Shown piece by piece: positions 11,532-25,338 of a DNA stretch of 64,000 nucleotides. Position 1 is the first letter of the stretch, and each line of letters opens with the position of its first letter. The position numbers and the translations under genes were made by a program. The notes under the pieces were generated by a model. That model was not told the origin of the DNA, searched no databases, and saw only the letters and a list, made by a program, of their open reading frames with translations. Source of the stretch: Octopus sinensis (Eukaryota); contig NC_043000.1 of assembly GCF_006345805.1 (NCBI RefSeq), forward strand, positions 151,466,001 through 151,530,000, written 5' to 3'.

Positions 11532-12341
11532 ACATAATACTAAAGATGGTTTTGGCAAATAGAACTAAAATTAAATTTAGTTTACTTAATTATGAAATTA
11601 ATGATGTTTATTTTAGTGAAACAGCCGTTGAGAACAATCTAGGTTATGAAGTATACGTGAAATTTATGCTTTTTTACTTGTACTATATGCGTGTGTGTGT
11701 CTGTGTGTTTGTGTGTGTGTGTGTATGTGTGTGGCAAAAAAAGGCTTTTTAATCAAGGGATTAGTAAGTCATGAATGTACCTAGAATCTAATCAATTTAT
11801 TTACATTAGTTTTACTTTTTGGATATTACTTTATAGAAATTGGGTTTTTGCCTTTGACCTCTTTATGGGTTGGCCATACCCGTACAACGCGTGCAAGGTG
11901 TTTCACCATGCATGCAGATCTCTTCTCTCCACGCCACCAATGTCGAAGGAAAAGGTTCAATGCAGCCCAACACCAGTGTTTTATCAGATGTTGCTTTCAG
12001 AAAGCAAAGGGCTGAAATTTACAGAGTCAGGCATCTCGTTCAACAGCTCTACCAGTTCTGCCAATCCACTATTCTGAATCGGTACTTTTTTTTATGGACG
12101 TTTAAAAGAGGAAAGACGAGATTGGCTTGGGCAGCATTTGAACACAGAATACAGTGAGTTGGAACAGATATTGAGAGGTACTTATATCCATCTCAAAGAA
12201 CTCGGCTAAAACATCCCTTCACAGAATTATGTAAATGAGGTTCGAATTTGTGCAGGCAACCAGCAGAAGCTGAATACGCCAGAGAAGTCTGTAGTGGCAG
12301 AAGTCATTTTAGTAAAAGATAAAAATTGAAACATGTACATA

Positions 12342-12716
12342 GGCGCAGGAGAGGCTGTGTGGTAAGTAGCTTTCTTACGAACCACATGGTTCCGGGTTCG
12401 TTCCCATTGCGTGGCACTTTGGGCAAGTGTCTTCTACTATAGCCTCGCGCCGACCAAAGCCTTGTGGGTGGATTCGGTATACGGGAACTGAAAGAAGCCC
12501 GTCGTATATATGTATATATATGTGTGTGTGTATATCGCTTGACAACGGATGGCGGTGTATTTACGTCCCCGTAACATAGCGGTTCGGCAAAAAGAGACCA
12601 ATAGAATAAGTACTAAGCTTGCAAAGAATAAGTCCCGGGGTCGATTTGCTCGACTAAAGGCGGTGCTCCAGCATAGCCGCAATCAAATGACTGAAACAAG
12701 TAAAAGAATAAAAGAG
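12342..12716 (+). mobile_element. SINE family A
   Basis: Full-length match to the family consensus. Confidence 0.9.
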
Positions 12717-13060
12717 ATGGGGGCTGAGAAAACAAAAATTATTTACTGTTTCAAAGATAAGCTCTTAATCTAAACAAAGAAAACTATGGATTGTCAGAAT
12801 CGTTTGAGTGTGACTCTTTAAGATCAAATATCGCCCAGATTTGATTGGTTTTTCCACCTTTCCAGCGTTAATAAAATAAAGTACCCGTCAGGTACCGAGG
12901 GTCGTCATAATCGACAATATTCATTCCCCCAAATTTCAAGACGTGTCGCTCTATACGTAATTAATTAAATTAAAAGACAAACGAGAATGAAATGAAAATT
13001 GTGAAAAAAAAAATGCGTGCTGTATTTAATTATAAACGTAATCAATATATAATTAGTTTA

Positions 13061-13317
13061 AGGCATTGAGCCGGCAGAATCGTTGACAGGACGAGCAAAA
13101 TACTTAACATTTCGTCCGTCTTCACGTTCTTTAGTCGAATTCCACTGAGGTTGACTTTGTCTTTGATCCTTTCGGGATCGATAAATTAAGTACCAGTTAA
13201 GCACTGGGGTCGATTTAATCGACTCACCCACCACCGCCACCTCCGAAATGCCTAGCCTTGTGTCAAAATTGAAAACCAATGTATAGTTGTGTGTAATGTT
13301 GTGTGTGTGTTGTGTAT

Positions 13318-13360
<43 letters not shown>

Positions 13361-13612
13361 TGTGCGTGTGTGTGTATTACTTCGTTTAGCTGGCAGAAAC
13401 GTTAGCACGCCGGGCGAAATGCGTAGCCGTATTTCGTCGGCCGTTACGTTCTGAGTTCAAATTCCGCCGAGGTCGACTTTGCCTTTCATCCTTTCGGGGT
13501 CGATAAATTAAGTACCAGTTACACACTGGGGTCGATGTAATCGACTTAATCCGTTTGTCTGTCCTTAGTTTCTCCCCTCTACGTTTAGCCCCAGGAGGGC
13601 AGTAAAGAAATA
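13061..13612 (+). mobile_element. Two tandem SINE family B copies (13061-13278 tail 1; 13387-13612 tail 2) separated by (TG)n
   Basis: Both match the family B consensus. Confidence 0.85.
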
Positions 13613-14499
13613 TACAATACCCAAAGCGTTAGCTATGCTTTAGGCTTTCGAAATTCTCTTTTATACTTTATCATAAGAAACCATATTGCCATTTATCTTT
13701 TTGAAATGGGAAAACAAAGAAATTTCCATTTGTAACTAATATATTCTTCATTTGACATTTTTTTGTTAAGGAGCTTCTAAAGAAAGAGAAAATACCTCTT
13801 TGAATGGTTTTTGCGATTAAATACCAGACAACATGTGTTGCCTTTTAATACTGGAACATGAAATTTGTTGCAAGATTTAGCCACCGACTTCAATTACGGT
13901 TTAACCACCACCGTTTTGTAAATCATTCCAAACTGTCGTGAAACCAGCATAGCGAATATCAACATCTCAATATAATTGTCTTTCTCTCATTTGACTTATG
14001 CGAATGCATATATCATCATCATTATCATCTTCGTAAATTGTTTATGTCTATCTTCTGCATGTGGGTATCGATATCTCTGGTTTACCATTCTCCTCTCTCT
14101 CTCTCTCGCATTCTCTTTCTGACTCTCCTCTCTCTCTCTTTCTCACTTTCCCTCTCTTGTTCTCGCTCTCCTTCTCCAGCTGTCCTTATTGCTTGTTGAC
14201 TCCTTTTATAAAGAATACATTTTAAAGGACTACTCTAAATTATCCAATTCTATGTCATGTTTGGTCTACACCTACCCTGGTTACTATTGACCACCAGCTC
14301 TTAAACACTTATTCTTTCATATAACTTATTCATTCTAATGACCTGTCCACCGAACCAGCATGGACATGTCTCTGACATATTCCTTATAAATAGTCACCTT
14401 CTGCGGCCATCTGTACAGTTTTATTCAAGTTATATAATCAAATTCATTCCATTGTCTATATTTCTCTATTCCTCTATTGCATATCTTACTATCATATAT

Positions 14500-14531
<32 letters not shown>

Positions 14532-14588
14532 CATACCTATATATATCAATACACATACATATATACATACACACACACACACACACAC

Positions 14589-14652
<64 letters not shown>

Positions 14653-14841
14653 ATATTGGCCTGTTCGCTTAGCCAGCGGGGTGGCGTCGTTTTAAGGCTA
14701 AAACAATGCGAAGCGCATTGTGACCAGCGATGTGTAACAACATCTGATGGTCTGGTCGGTTACGTGATCACGTGATATATATATATATGCATTCAGTGAC
14801 TTCTTAGAGTTAAATCTACAGATTTTCTTTAGAAATTATAT

Positions 14842-15320
14842 ACAGAGTGTTCGGACTAAATTTGATAGTTTGCATAAAAGAAAAAGAAAGCACAATGTCC
14901 CATTCCAAAATAAAAGTATTTTTAAAAAGTTAAAATTGAAAAATATAAAGTACATCATGGCTAGGAGATAACAGTTTGCTCAAAATAGCCGCCCTCTGTT
15001 CTACCGCAGCCTCAATACGGCTCCGGTACTTGGCGCTTCTCTTCCTTGCTGTGTCCCTCGAAAAATCTTCGAGCACCTCTTTGATCTTGGCTATCAATCA
15101 GATCGGCTTTGGTGTTGCAGGCAGAGTGGTTGGTGTATTTCTCAACTGCGCTCTACACATAGTAATCCATGGGATTATAATGGGGGAAATTGGAAGACCA
15201 AAAAAAAAGCGGGTCTGGTGAAGTAGAAATTCTCTGACAACCACAGCTGACACTTTCCGGAGGTAAAGCATGGAGTTGAAACCTGCTACTACTCATATGA
15301 CCATCCAGCAGCAACCTCCA
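14842..15320 (-). mobile_element. Tc1/mariner (maT/Tc1-like) transposase 3' remnant with TIR
   Basis: Frameshifted WSSNFPHYNPMDYYV*SAVEKYTNHSACNTKA.LIAKIKEV...RSRIEAAVE resembles the WPPNSPDLNPLDY C-terminus. Ends at TA|CAGAGTGTTCGG. Confidence 0.75.
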
Positions 15321-15915
15321 GTTAGGGATTGACTACAGTCTCCAGTAGCTTGAAATGGCCGTCTGAACCGAGCCTAGGACCTTGTTCAAAGATGTGGAAA
15401 CGAACACCGGCGTACGGACACAGTCAGAACGCCTGCTTTTCTCCTTCCCGTCGGTGAATATGATACAAGGAGAGACAACCAGACAGCAAAACAGTGTCAT
15501 ATATTTAGGTTTTCTTGCATACCTTAAATTAGATACGTCTTCGAGCGTGTGATAGATCTGTTTAGAGATCAAAACTAGTGCTGCAGATCAAACAGTTCTT
15601 TATGTTTAACTTGAAGGGGAGACACAACAAATCTTCTGTGATGTGATAGTTAGCACACTTTACTCGTCTACAAATTGTGTTCAATGGCTCGATTCTAATA
15701 AACCAGATTTACATTTTTTTTCAGACATAAAATTTTATTTACAAATGAATATGATTTCTATCAAAACACACACACATTCTTTTATGAGTTTCAGCCCAGA
15801 GGCTGTGGTCATGCTGGAGCACCACCAATATATATATATATATATATAATATATATATATATATATAGGGCAACAGTCCGAATACTTATTGATCAGACCA
15901 ATATATATATATATA

Positions 15916-16257
15916 GGCGCAGGAGTGGCTGTGTGGTAAGTAGCTTGCTAACCAGCCACATGGTTCCGGGTTCAGTCCCACTGCGTGAGTGGATTTGGTA
16001 GACGGAAACTGAAAGAAGCCTGTCGTATATATGTATATATATATATGTATATGTTTGTGTGTCTGTGTTTGTCCCCCTAGCATTGCTTGACACCCGATGC
16101 TGGTGTGTTTATGTCCCCGTTTCTTAGCGGTTCGGCAAAGGAGACCGATAGAATAAGTACTGGGCTTACAAAAGAATAAGTCCCGGGGTCGAGTTGCTCG
16201 ATTAAAGGCGGTGCTCCAGCATGGCCGCAGTTAAATGACTGAAACAAGTAAAAGAGT
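15916..16257 (+). mobile_element. SINE family A with internal deletion of the CORE-like box
   Basis: CTGCGTG is joined directly to AGTGGATTT (GTG microhomology). Confidence 0.85.
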
Positions 16258-16276
16258 ATATATATATATATATATA

Positions 16277-17135
16277 CGTGGTCTGATCAATAAGTATTCG
16301 GACTGTTGCCATTGTAACGAAACTAAAGCACGTAAAGTAAAGCCGCTTAGCACAGATTGACCTTAAACTCTTCTGTGCATGCACACTAAGTTTTAACGTT
16401 CAAGCTTCTGCTGTTTACAGCAGTACTCAGAAGGAACATCGTCGCATTGACTATGATAAAGAAAGTTGAGCAGAAAATCTGCATCAGATTTTGCCAATAG
16501 CTTGGCGATACCTGCTCAGAGGCCTACGCAAAGTTTAAAAAAATTTTCATCGTCCTTGACACAATCAAAGAGATCTTGTGCAACTGAAACACGAGTGCCC
16601 TTTTCGTCAGCTGAAAGCAGTTTTGGCACAAACTTGGCAGACACGCGTCTCATACCCAAATCTTCAGCGATAATGGACTGAAGTGAACCGTAGTTAATCA
16701 GCACATACTCTAATATCTCACGGATGGTGATTCGATGATTTCCCCTCACAACTGCACACACATCTGCGATATTTTCCTCATTTCCGCTGATTGCGGGTCT
16801 CTCAGAACATTCGTCAATATCGACATTTTTTTGGCCATCAAACGTCTGAACCACGTATACACTTATGCGCGAGACGTACACCCTTCTCCATACACCTTCT
16901 ACACCTTTGTGTAGGCCTCTGAGCAGGTATCGCCATGACAACTTTCTCTGTCATGGCCAATGTGACGATCACACGCTACACACCTTCCTTCCAAGCACTG
17001 CTGTAAACAGCGCAAATAAATTAGAACGTTAAAACTTAGCGCTCATACATAGCAGGGTTCAAGATCAATCTTTACTCTGTGTGCTTTAGCTTCATTTCTA
17101 TGGCAACAATCCGGATTCTTATTGACTAGACCTCG
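16277..17135 (-). mobile_element. Non-autonomous mariner element with duplicated, inverted 5' ends
   Basis: TIR-like GGTCTGATCAATAAGTATTCGGACTGTTGCC at both ends. The minus-strand frame encodes mariner N-terminal motifs (RITIREI...LGMRRVSAKFVPKLLS, equivalent to WVPxxL). Confidence 0.85.
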
Positions 17136-17446
17136 TGTGTATAACTTTTTAAGAAGGGCAGTAACCATCACCTTTACATGCATTCTTAACTTTCAACACA
17201 GATAACTCGTTGTTGATATGTGTGTACAGCTGAGATCATCATCGTTTCAATGCCCATTCTTCCATGGTTGCATGAGTTAGACAGAATTCGTTGAAGCAGG
17301 GTTTATACGGCCCGATGCCCTTCCTGTTGCCAACCCTCAGATTTTCACGGAAGATTCAAAACAAAGAATACTACTTGTATGACGGTGACACTCGTTTACA
17401 ATTATCGCTTGATAGCAAGAAACTCAGGCACACAATCTCCACTCAT

Positions 17447-17485
<39 letters not shown>

Positions 17486-17684
17486 TACGTGTGTGCTTAA
17501 AGGTTCACCTCTTTGGCTTATGTATAAGGCAGACTTAGTTTGCTATGACACGAAGTTAGTAAGCTCAGTGAAATAGAAACTTATGTTGTAATAAAGAAAG
17601 CAGAACGTAGACGTCAGTTAGCAATAGTGCAAAGGGTAGGTTAAAGGATGTGTCTATCGAGGTAATAGTACTCTGGTTGTATAA

Positions 17685-17915
17685 GGCGGCGAGCTGGCAG
17701 AATCGTTAGCACGCCGGGCGAAATGCGTAGCCGTATTTCGTCTGCCGTTACGTTCTGAGTTCAAATTCCGCCGAGGTCGACTTTGCCTTTCATCCTTTCG
17801 GGGTCGATTAAATAAGTACCAGTTACGCACTGGGGGCGATATAATCGACTTAGTCCGTGTGTCTGTCCTTGTTTGTCCTCTCTGTGTTTAGCTCCTTGTG
17901 GGTAGTAAAGAAATA
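17685..17915 (+). mobile_element. SINE family B, tail type 2
   Basis: Full-length and little diverged. Confidence 0.85.
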
Positions 17916-18124
17916 GGTACTCTGCTTGTATAGGGCCTTCATTGGTGAAAGTTGATCGTATATCTACACATGCATGTTGTAGTTTAGATGAGGTTGTTTT
18001 GAGGAAGACTGACAATCTTCCAGTTCCATGACACCGATGTTTATCCATGAAAAAGGACAGTAGTTTGGGATGATACTGCTTGCTATCAGTATCAGTGTAG
18101 GTATTATTATTAGAACTAGAGGTA

Positions 18125-18335
18125 GGCAGCGAACTGACAGAATCGTTAGCACTCCAGGTAAAATGCTTACTGGAATTTCGTCCATCTTTACATTCTGAGT
18201 TCAAATTCTACCAAGGTCGACTATGTCTTTCATCCTTTTGGGGTCCATTAAATAAGTACCAGTAGAGCACTGGAGTCAATGTAATCGACTAGCGCCCTGC
18301 CCCAAATTTCTGGCCTTGTGCCTATATTAGAAAGG
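18125..18335 (+). mobile_element. SINE family B, tail type 1 (older)
   Basis: Diverged match to the family B consensus. Confidence 0.75.
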
Positions 18336-18779
18336 ATTATTAGAATAGAGAGAACCAGAACAGATAACACAAGGCATCATGCCTGATTCCTTAAGGGTAC
18401 CAATTTGTTATTCTGGATCAGTACTCTTTTTTTATTGACTCTGAAAGAAGGAGAGGTTAGGAGGACCTCAGTAAAGTTTGAACTCTGAGCACAGAAAGTC
18501 ACAACAAATTACGTTCAATCCAGCACTCTAATGACGACCAATTTGGTGTGTTTTTGTTTGTGTAAGAGAAACCCATCATATATAAATGTAAACCTACATA
18601 ATAGAAATACATGGTAAATTTAACTATTTCTCTGTAGATTGAAACAACTATGAACAGCCTTAATTGGTTTTCAAACCTTATTGGGTTCACATCAGAGGTG
18701 GCCACATCATTTGACCTACTCCAGAGAAACAACCAGCCAATTTGTTTATATACTCAATAAATCCAATAGCTACACATAC

Positions 18780-19048
18780 ACACGTGTGTGTGGGTATATG
18801 CATGTTTGAGTCTACCCTTGTCTTGATATCATGTGATGGCTGTAAGCAAACATCACCATCATACAAGCAATGTTTTTGCTTTCCAGTCTTCCATGACAAA
18901 CGTGTCTGGCCACGGGGGAAATATTACCTTGCTTGGAAACAGGTGAGGGTTGGGAAGAAGGGCATCCAGCCATAGAAAATCTACCTTGATAAATTCCATC
19001 TGACTCATTCAAGTATGAAAAGGTGAACAGTAGACGATGATGATGATG
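18780..19048 (+). mobile_element. Older SINE 3' half with RTE-type tail (related copies at ~17237-17440 minus and ~44190-44380 plus)
   Basis: GGAAACAGGTGAGGGTTGG...GAAGGGCATCCAGCC...(GAT)n is shared among the three copies. Confidence 0.55.
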
Positions 19049-19715
19049 TTAAACATAAGTTATGCCACAGCAATCCTTGGAACTATATTCTACTAAGTTT
19101 TCTTACTGCAATCAGTGATTAGATGTTGTTTCTGCCTATTAGCCTCAAATGCCTATAACCTATTCTTTAGCTACAAACTTTGAAACATGTTGATTTGCAT
19201 GACACAATGAAATGCCTGCTCTAGACTAATGAACTCACAACCATGTTTTGATAATCCAATAACTTTATTGATTTGGCCATTTGAATTCTTTCTTTAAGTT
19301 TTAATACTAAGCAAGAAGAGTGTGATTTAGAGAGAGAGAGAGAGACAAATATAAATACAGATATGGTCTACAACACAAAGGTAGAGAGAGGAACAACTTT
19401 GGAAACCCAACAACAATAACAAAAAATCAACTGTAAGCAAGAAAATAAACAAACAAGGACTTTTATATTCATAGCTAATTATAATAAATTTTCTACAAAT
19501 AAATTATTCTAGATACTAAAAATTGATACTTAAAAAGTAATTGGAACCCAATTGAAATTTAGAAGAGTTAAACCATTTTGAAAGAATGATTAACCAACAC
19601 TGACACTTGTTTTTTGGCATAAATTCTGTTTCAGCTCTTGTAGACCAAGTTACATGAAGATTTTGATGTGCCTTCAGAAAAGTAAACTTTGAAACATGAT
19701 GGTATGTAAAACATA

Positions 19716-20183
19716 CCGTAAATCCTCGAGTATAGTCCGCCCTTGAGTATAATACGCAGGGGATTTTAGGGGGCTGTACCTCTGAAAAACCTAAATCTTG
19801 TGTATAATACGCACCCCTTCTCTAACTTGAGTCAAGGAGGTCTATATAACATCCTTGGTTTGTAAAAATGTATACAGTAACGTCCTTTATTATTATTGTA
19901 TATATAACATAATGCAAACGTGTAGCTTTTTTGTGCATTTTGTTTGCAGAAAATAAAGAAATAACAGTAATAATGTTTAATAAATGATGCTAACTGCAAG
20001 TTAAGGTATCTTCGCACCCGACATCACAAAATGTGTCTGAATAAACATTGCCAGACAGCAAATAGAGACTCAGACATTGCTTAGAAAATAATTTTCATTT
20101 TTAACCGCATATATAGTACGCACTAGGGATTTTGACCTTTAAATTTTGGGAAAAAAATGAGGATTATACTTGAGGATTTATGG
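19716..20183. mobile_element. pogo/Tigger-like MITE
   Basis: TA|CCGTAAATCCTCGAGTATA ... TATACTTGAGGATTTATGG|TA; TA TSD; 468 bp. Confidence 0.8.
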
Positions 20184-20467
20184 TACTTATTTTCCGAAAC
20201 AAAAATATCGCAACAAAACACTTCAGGTTCTATATGTGAAGCTGTGCCTCTCATAAACTAATTTTGTCCTTGACATACACTTTTTCCTGAATATGTGCAA
20301 CTGAAATTGGGGTGTGTCTAATATGCTTGTGCATCTTTTATGCTATTGAATACGGTATGTTGTTAAATAAATGTGAAGAAATAAACTAACTTTAACCCTG
20401 AACCCGCCATAATATTCTACATGTTTTATGTTCAAACTGGCCAGATCTGGCCTTTCACATGAACCCT

Positions 20468-20664
20468 ACTCTCTTTTACTTGTTTCAGTCATTTGACTGC
20501 GGCCATGCTGGAGCACCACCTTTAATCGAGCAACTCGACCCCGGGACTTATTCTTTTGTAAGCCCAGTACTTATTCTATCGGTCTCTTTTGCCAAACCGC
20601 TAAGTAACGGGGACATAAACACACCAGCATCGGTTGTCAAGCAATGCCAGAGGGACAAACACAG

Positions 20665-20705
<41 letters not shown>

Positions 20706-20870
20706 TACAACGGGCTTCTTTCAGTTTCCGTCTACCAAATCCACTCACAAGGCTTTGGTCGGCCCGAGGCTATAGTAGAAGACACTTGCCCAAGATGCCA
20801 CGCAGTGGGACTGAACCCGGAACCATGTGGTTGGTAAACAAGCTACTTACCACACAGCCACTCCTGCGCC
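20468..20870 (-). mobile_element. SINE family A
   Basis: Full-length match to the family consensus. Confidence 0.9.
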
Positions 20871-21299
20871 TACAATATCATTCTAAAAATTAAGAGTTAC
20901 CACTTCAAAATCTCAAAGCTACAACGTAACGCATGATTAATTAAAAATAGTGTCAGTGAACAAGCATTACTTTTGAGAGAATAATGTGAATGCTAAAGGG
21001 TTAGCTAGCAATAATAACTTTCTAATTTATGCACAAGGTAAGTAGTTTTCAGGAGAGGAGGGCAGTTGATACCATGGATCCCAGCACTTCTCTTATACTT
21101 TATTTTGTCAACTCCAGAAGAATGAAATGTAAAGTTAGCCTCAGTTGGATTTGAACTCAGAATATAGAATATCACAACTACATACTACAAGACTCAAAAT
21201 ATTCAGCCAAGTCACCACCCTTTAACTAGCAATAATAATGACAACAATAACAATAATTATAACTTACACAACAATGATAGTAATAAAAAAGACGATGAA

Positions 21300-24120
21300 T
21301 AACAGCCAAAAGATTTATTTGTTCTGAAAATAACAATCATAGTAAATAAATATGTTCTTTAATATTCACATTCATGTGCACAGTTAAACACACTTACATA
21401 CAAACAGTCACGCATGCATAATACAGAACAGAACACATAAATGAAGGATGCATTACTTAGTATATATTACATCTAGAGAATTTTGATTAATAAGTCAAAT
21501 ATGCAAATTATAAAGATAATTAATTGCTTTACTAAACAGTGTTGTAAAGGTGAAAAAATAAATTTAGGAAAAAAAATACACACCAAAACTAATTAATAAA
21601 AGATAATTAGGGAAGGATTGATACAAAATAATTATTTTTTCTGTCTCTTTTTTTCTGATAAATGCGTCTTAATAAGTGAGAAGAATTGCATATATCTGAA
21701 CTATTTCAAAGAAAAGCAGAAATTTAATGTTTAAAATAGCTTTAACCAAGGAATGAGATTCGTTGGATAAGGTCGTATAATGACTGATTAATGAAACCTT
21801 CATTAACAATGATTTTAATGATGATTAAAAAAAAAAATAATAATGATGATGATGATGATAAAGTAGTTTGTTTCTTTAAGATTTCAAAATATAAAATTAA
21901 AGAGATAATAATTTTAAGATTTTATTTTAAAATTTTAAAAATATCAGATACATATAAATAATAAAAAAATAAAAATGTTTGGGGAAATATTTAACAGGAT
22001 AATAAAGCACAGATCCGTGAAAAGTGATTAAAGAAAATGACACAATTAACAAAACATTATTATTATTATTATTATTATTAGTCAGAGAGAAAATGCTTTC
22101 TTTTGATCTATTGCACTAGTAGGAATATTCAGAAAAGAAACCAGTACAATGTCAAATCTATATAAATGGACAAAATGATTTCTTTTAAGTTAATATAATT
22201 CTTTTTGTTTAATGCCAATTACAGAAAAAAATTTACAAAAAAAAAAAATTATAAAAAAAATGTTCTCATTCTTTGTAATTTCAAAATATTCAAACAGTGC
22301 AAAAGAATTTTATATAAAAATCATCAATTTAAATAGATATAAGTTGTGCTTTAGTAAAATCATATAGACACCTTACTGAATTTAATTATTTATTTCAATG
22401 ATTTATTTATTACTTTATTTAGTTAATAGAATTAATAACTTTCACCATACGTTTCTGACCTGATCACCAATACTCAATTTAACTGTATCTAGAGTTAAAT
22501 TGAACAGAGTATTTGTAAAGAAATATTAAAATAAAAGAATAATAATAAAGGAGCGAATTCAATAATGTGTGTATTTGTAGAATAAACAATTTGACTCAAC
22601 AAAAATGTGGAAAATATATGATATCGTGAACTACTCACATCATGAAGATACAACTATTAATATTTTGCTAGGAAAAAAAAATTGTGTGTGTGTGTGATGA
22701 AATATTACACAAATCTATAAACCAATAATGAAAATTGATATGTCAATATAAAACTGAAGTTTAAATAATGCATTTATTTATGTGGGAGGGGTGGTGCTCT
22801 TTGTATACAGGATATAAGAAAAATAATTGATTAGTGATGTAATTATAGCAAGCATCATTAAATAAAATGACCTTTAATTAGAAATTATTTTTTGTCATAG
22901 CTTTCAAACATTCATGTGAAAATAAATATACCTTAGAAATATAGAAATATAGATATAAGTCTTTGTAATTGCATAACAATTATTGATTTCATTCTGTTAT
23001 CTTATTATATGTTAGTTAGAATAAGTCATTAGTGAAAGATGGAAATTTTGTAGTCATTTTACAAGATTAGAGCAAAAGAAATTGGTTTTAGAAACTAATT
23101 TAAATGACATATTTATAAAAGATTATTGCAGTTCACAAGAGACACAACTAAAACCAAACAAGACAGAATGAGTTAAGCTAAAATTTCGGTATTAAAAAAA
23201 TCATTTTTGAAGCACACATATAAAAATAAATGAAAGCTTGGATTATTGTTCATGAAATATTGATTTCTTGTGGTTAGGAAGGAAGCCAAATTTGCAAGAG
23301 TTGAGTATAATCAAATTAATCAACCTCAGCTTATAACTGGTATTTTAATGACTCCCAACAGAGATGGAAGGCAAAGTCCATTCCTGCAGGATTTAATTTC
23401 AGAATATTGTGGTTCTGATTTAGTTTCAGTAAAACAATAACCCAATTGGTGTTCAAATACCTGGGCCATCATGACCCTCAATTGTTAGTTAAATATGAAT
23501 AGCAATATGGAAATTATTATTTTGACATAATAAATTATACCTCAAATAAATACCAATATTATTCTAAATACAGTGTTAATAAGACTAACAGAATCAACAG
23601 CAAGGCACTCAGTCAAAGAAACAAAAATAAATAATAATAAAAAAACCAGCAAATTGCAGTTATGAGATAGATTGACAGTTAGAGAGGTTTCACAGTTATT
23701 TTGGAAAGAGAAATTGTATTATATTTGGAGTGTGTGATTATTTTGAAAGTTTCATAAAACTTTAAGAGGAAGAATATTAAAAGAGTATATTAAGAGAAAC
23801 CATATGAAAATAAGTGTTATTTATGCTAAGAGGTTTTATATAGCAAAAATAATGTATGTTTTTATGAATTTGCTATTTAGTAGGTGGGATAGGAATTGTA
23901 GTGAATAGAGTTTAATGAAAACAAATAACAATGGACAATGCTTATTATTGAAACCAATAACAGAGAACAGTAAGTTTACTATTGAGAGCAATAATAGTAA
24001 ACTTGAACTGTGGTGTTCAGTTTAGAAACAACCAATTTTGAAGACAACCAATAAATTAAACCTCTCACACGAGGATATTATGTTACAATATGTACAGAAT
24101 ATATTCTGAATAAGTTGATT
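21300..24120 (-). other. Probable CBFB 3' UTR with polyadenylation signal at 21314-21319
   Basis: About 2.8 kb of AU-rich, nearly TE-free sequence after the stop. AATAAA (plus-strand tttatt 21314-21319) is followed by GU/U-rich sequence, then repeats resume. Other AATAAA hexamers exist, so the end point is an inference. Confidence 0.5.
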
Positions 24121-24174
24121 TCATTCACTACCACTCGTCTCACTGGGACTAGCATCAGAACTGTGACTGTGTAC
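24121..24174 (-). CDS. CBFB: CBF-beta probable terminal coding exon 6
   Basis: Branch-like TTAAC plus pyrimidine tract ending TTTCAG|; phase 0 gives VHSHSSDASPSETSGSE*, where DASP resembles DPSP of the human 187-aa tail. Followed by a long repeat-poor AU-rich stretch. Confidence 0.7.
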   Translation of the reverse strand, partial: VHSHSSDASPSETSGSE

Positions 24175-24249
24175 CTGAAAGTAATTGAAAGATGGTTAAT
24201 TATACTTATAATAATAGCAAGAGTCAATCATTACAAATAAAATATTAGA

Positions 24250-24430
24250 TTCAAATTTTGGCACGAGGCCAACAATTTCAGGGGAGCGATAAGTTGCTCA
24301 AATGATACTTATTTTATTGACCCCGAAAGGGATGAAAGGTAAAGTCAACCTAGGAAGAATTTGAACTCAGAAAGTTAAAGACAAACAAAATGTCACTAAG
24401 TATTTTGCCCAGCAAGTTAACGATTCTACC
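24250..24430 (-). mobile_element. Old SINE family B remnant (others at ~21020-21170, ~23300-23400, ~18400-18490)
   Basis: ATTGACCCCGAAAGGGATGAAAGGTAAAGTCAACC..GAATTTGAACTCAGAA is the reverse complement of the family B core. Confidence 0.65.
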
Positions 24431-25305
24431 AAATAAAATAACTGCTTCATTTTTATCCCCCCCCCCCCAATACTTACTAATTTATATGAATTTGTTTACA
24501 GCTAACAAGGGTTTATAACAGGCCAATAATAGGTTGTTTTATAAAGATTCGGTAGTGGTGTTCTGTTGTTTTGTATTTTTGTTACATTTTTACGAAATTA
24601 TTTTCATTTTATATGTAATTATATAATTAGTGAATAGCTTCCAAAAAGATTAACAGACATTCTATAGAAATACTTTCAAATGATTCTTATAATATATTTC
24701 TTTATAGAAATAAATATTTATATTAAACATTTTGACATACATAATATATAATTTTAACATAGTCGAAAACATTAATTACAGAATATAGGAAAAGTTGCTG
24801 AGAGACTATTTTCTTTTATATACTTAATTACACTGAAAAAAAAAAAAAACCATAAATTTCCTTTGACTGTAATGTAAATAATGCTATCATTGATAGTATA
24901 TTCTAACACTTTGAGAAGTCTACAAGTCAAGTACCAACCAATATTAACAACTGACACACCTTTTTTTTTTATGGTGAGAACAATTATTGTAGCATTAGAA
25001 GTATCTAATGGAAGACTGCAGAACATGAAGTAAGCATGCAGAGACTACAGATCAGCTTCAAAAAGCGAGTCAAGGCCATAAGCACTTCACAGACAACACT
25101 AAGAGTTCATGCCTATGAATGTTATCTCCCTACTCTAAAAATACAGGGCGTTTGTATTTGGACAAAAGAAATCAATATTAGAACTCTATGAGGAAATCAG
25201 GAAATATTTTGAAATAATTGTTAAATCTATGAGTGAAAGAAACAAATACTTCAAACCAACCAAATGGTAGAAAATGGAGGAGATTGTAGCAACAACAACA
25301 ACAAC

Positions 25306-25338
<33 letters not shown>

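Noticed and set aside
16516-16941. Functional mariner transposase or SETMAR-like gene
   Set aside because: Frameshifted N-terminal fragment only, with no DDD catalytic domain.
20396-21000. piggyBac-like MITE (TTAA|CCCT ... AGGG|TTAG) surrounding a SINE
   Set aside because: Only 4 bp of terminal match and an imperfect TSD.
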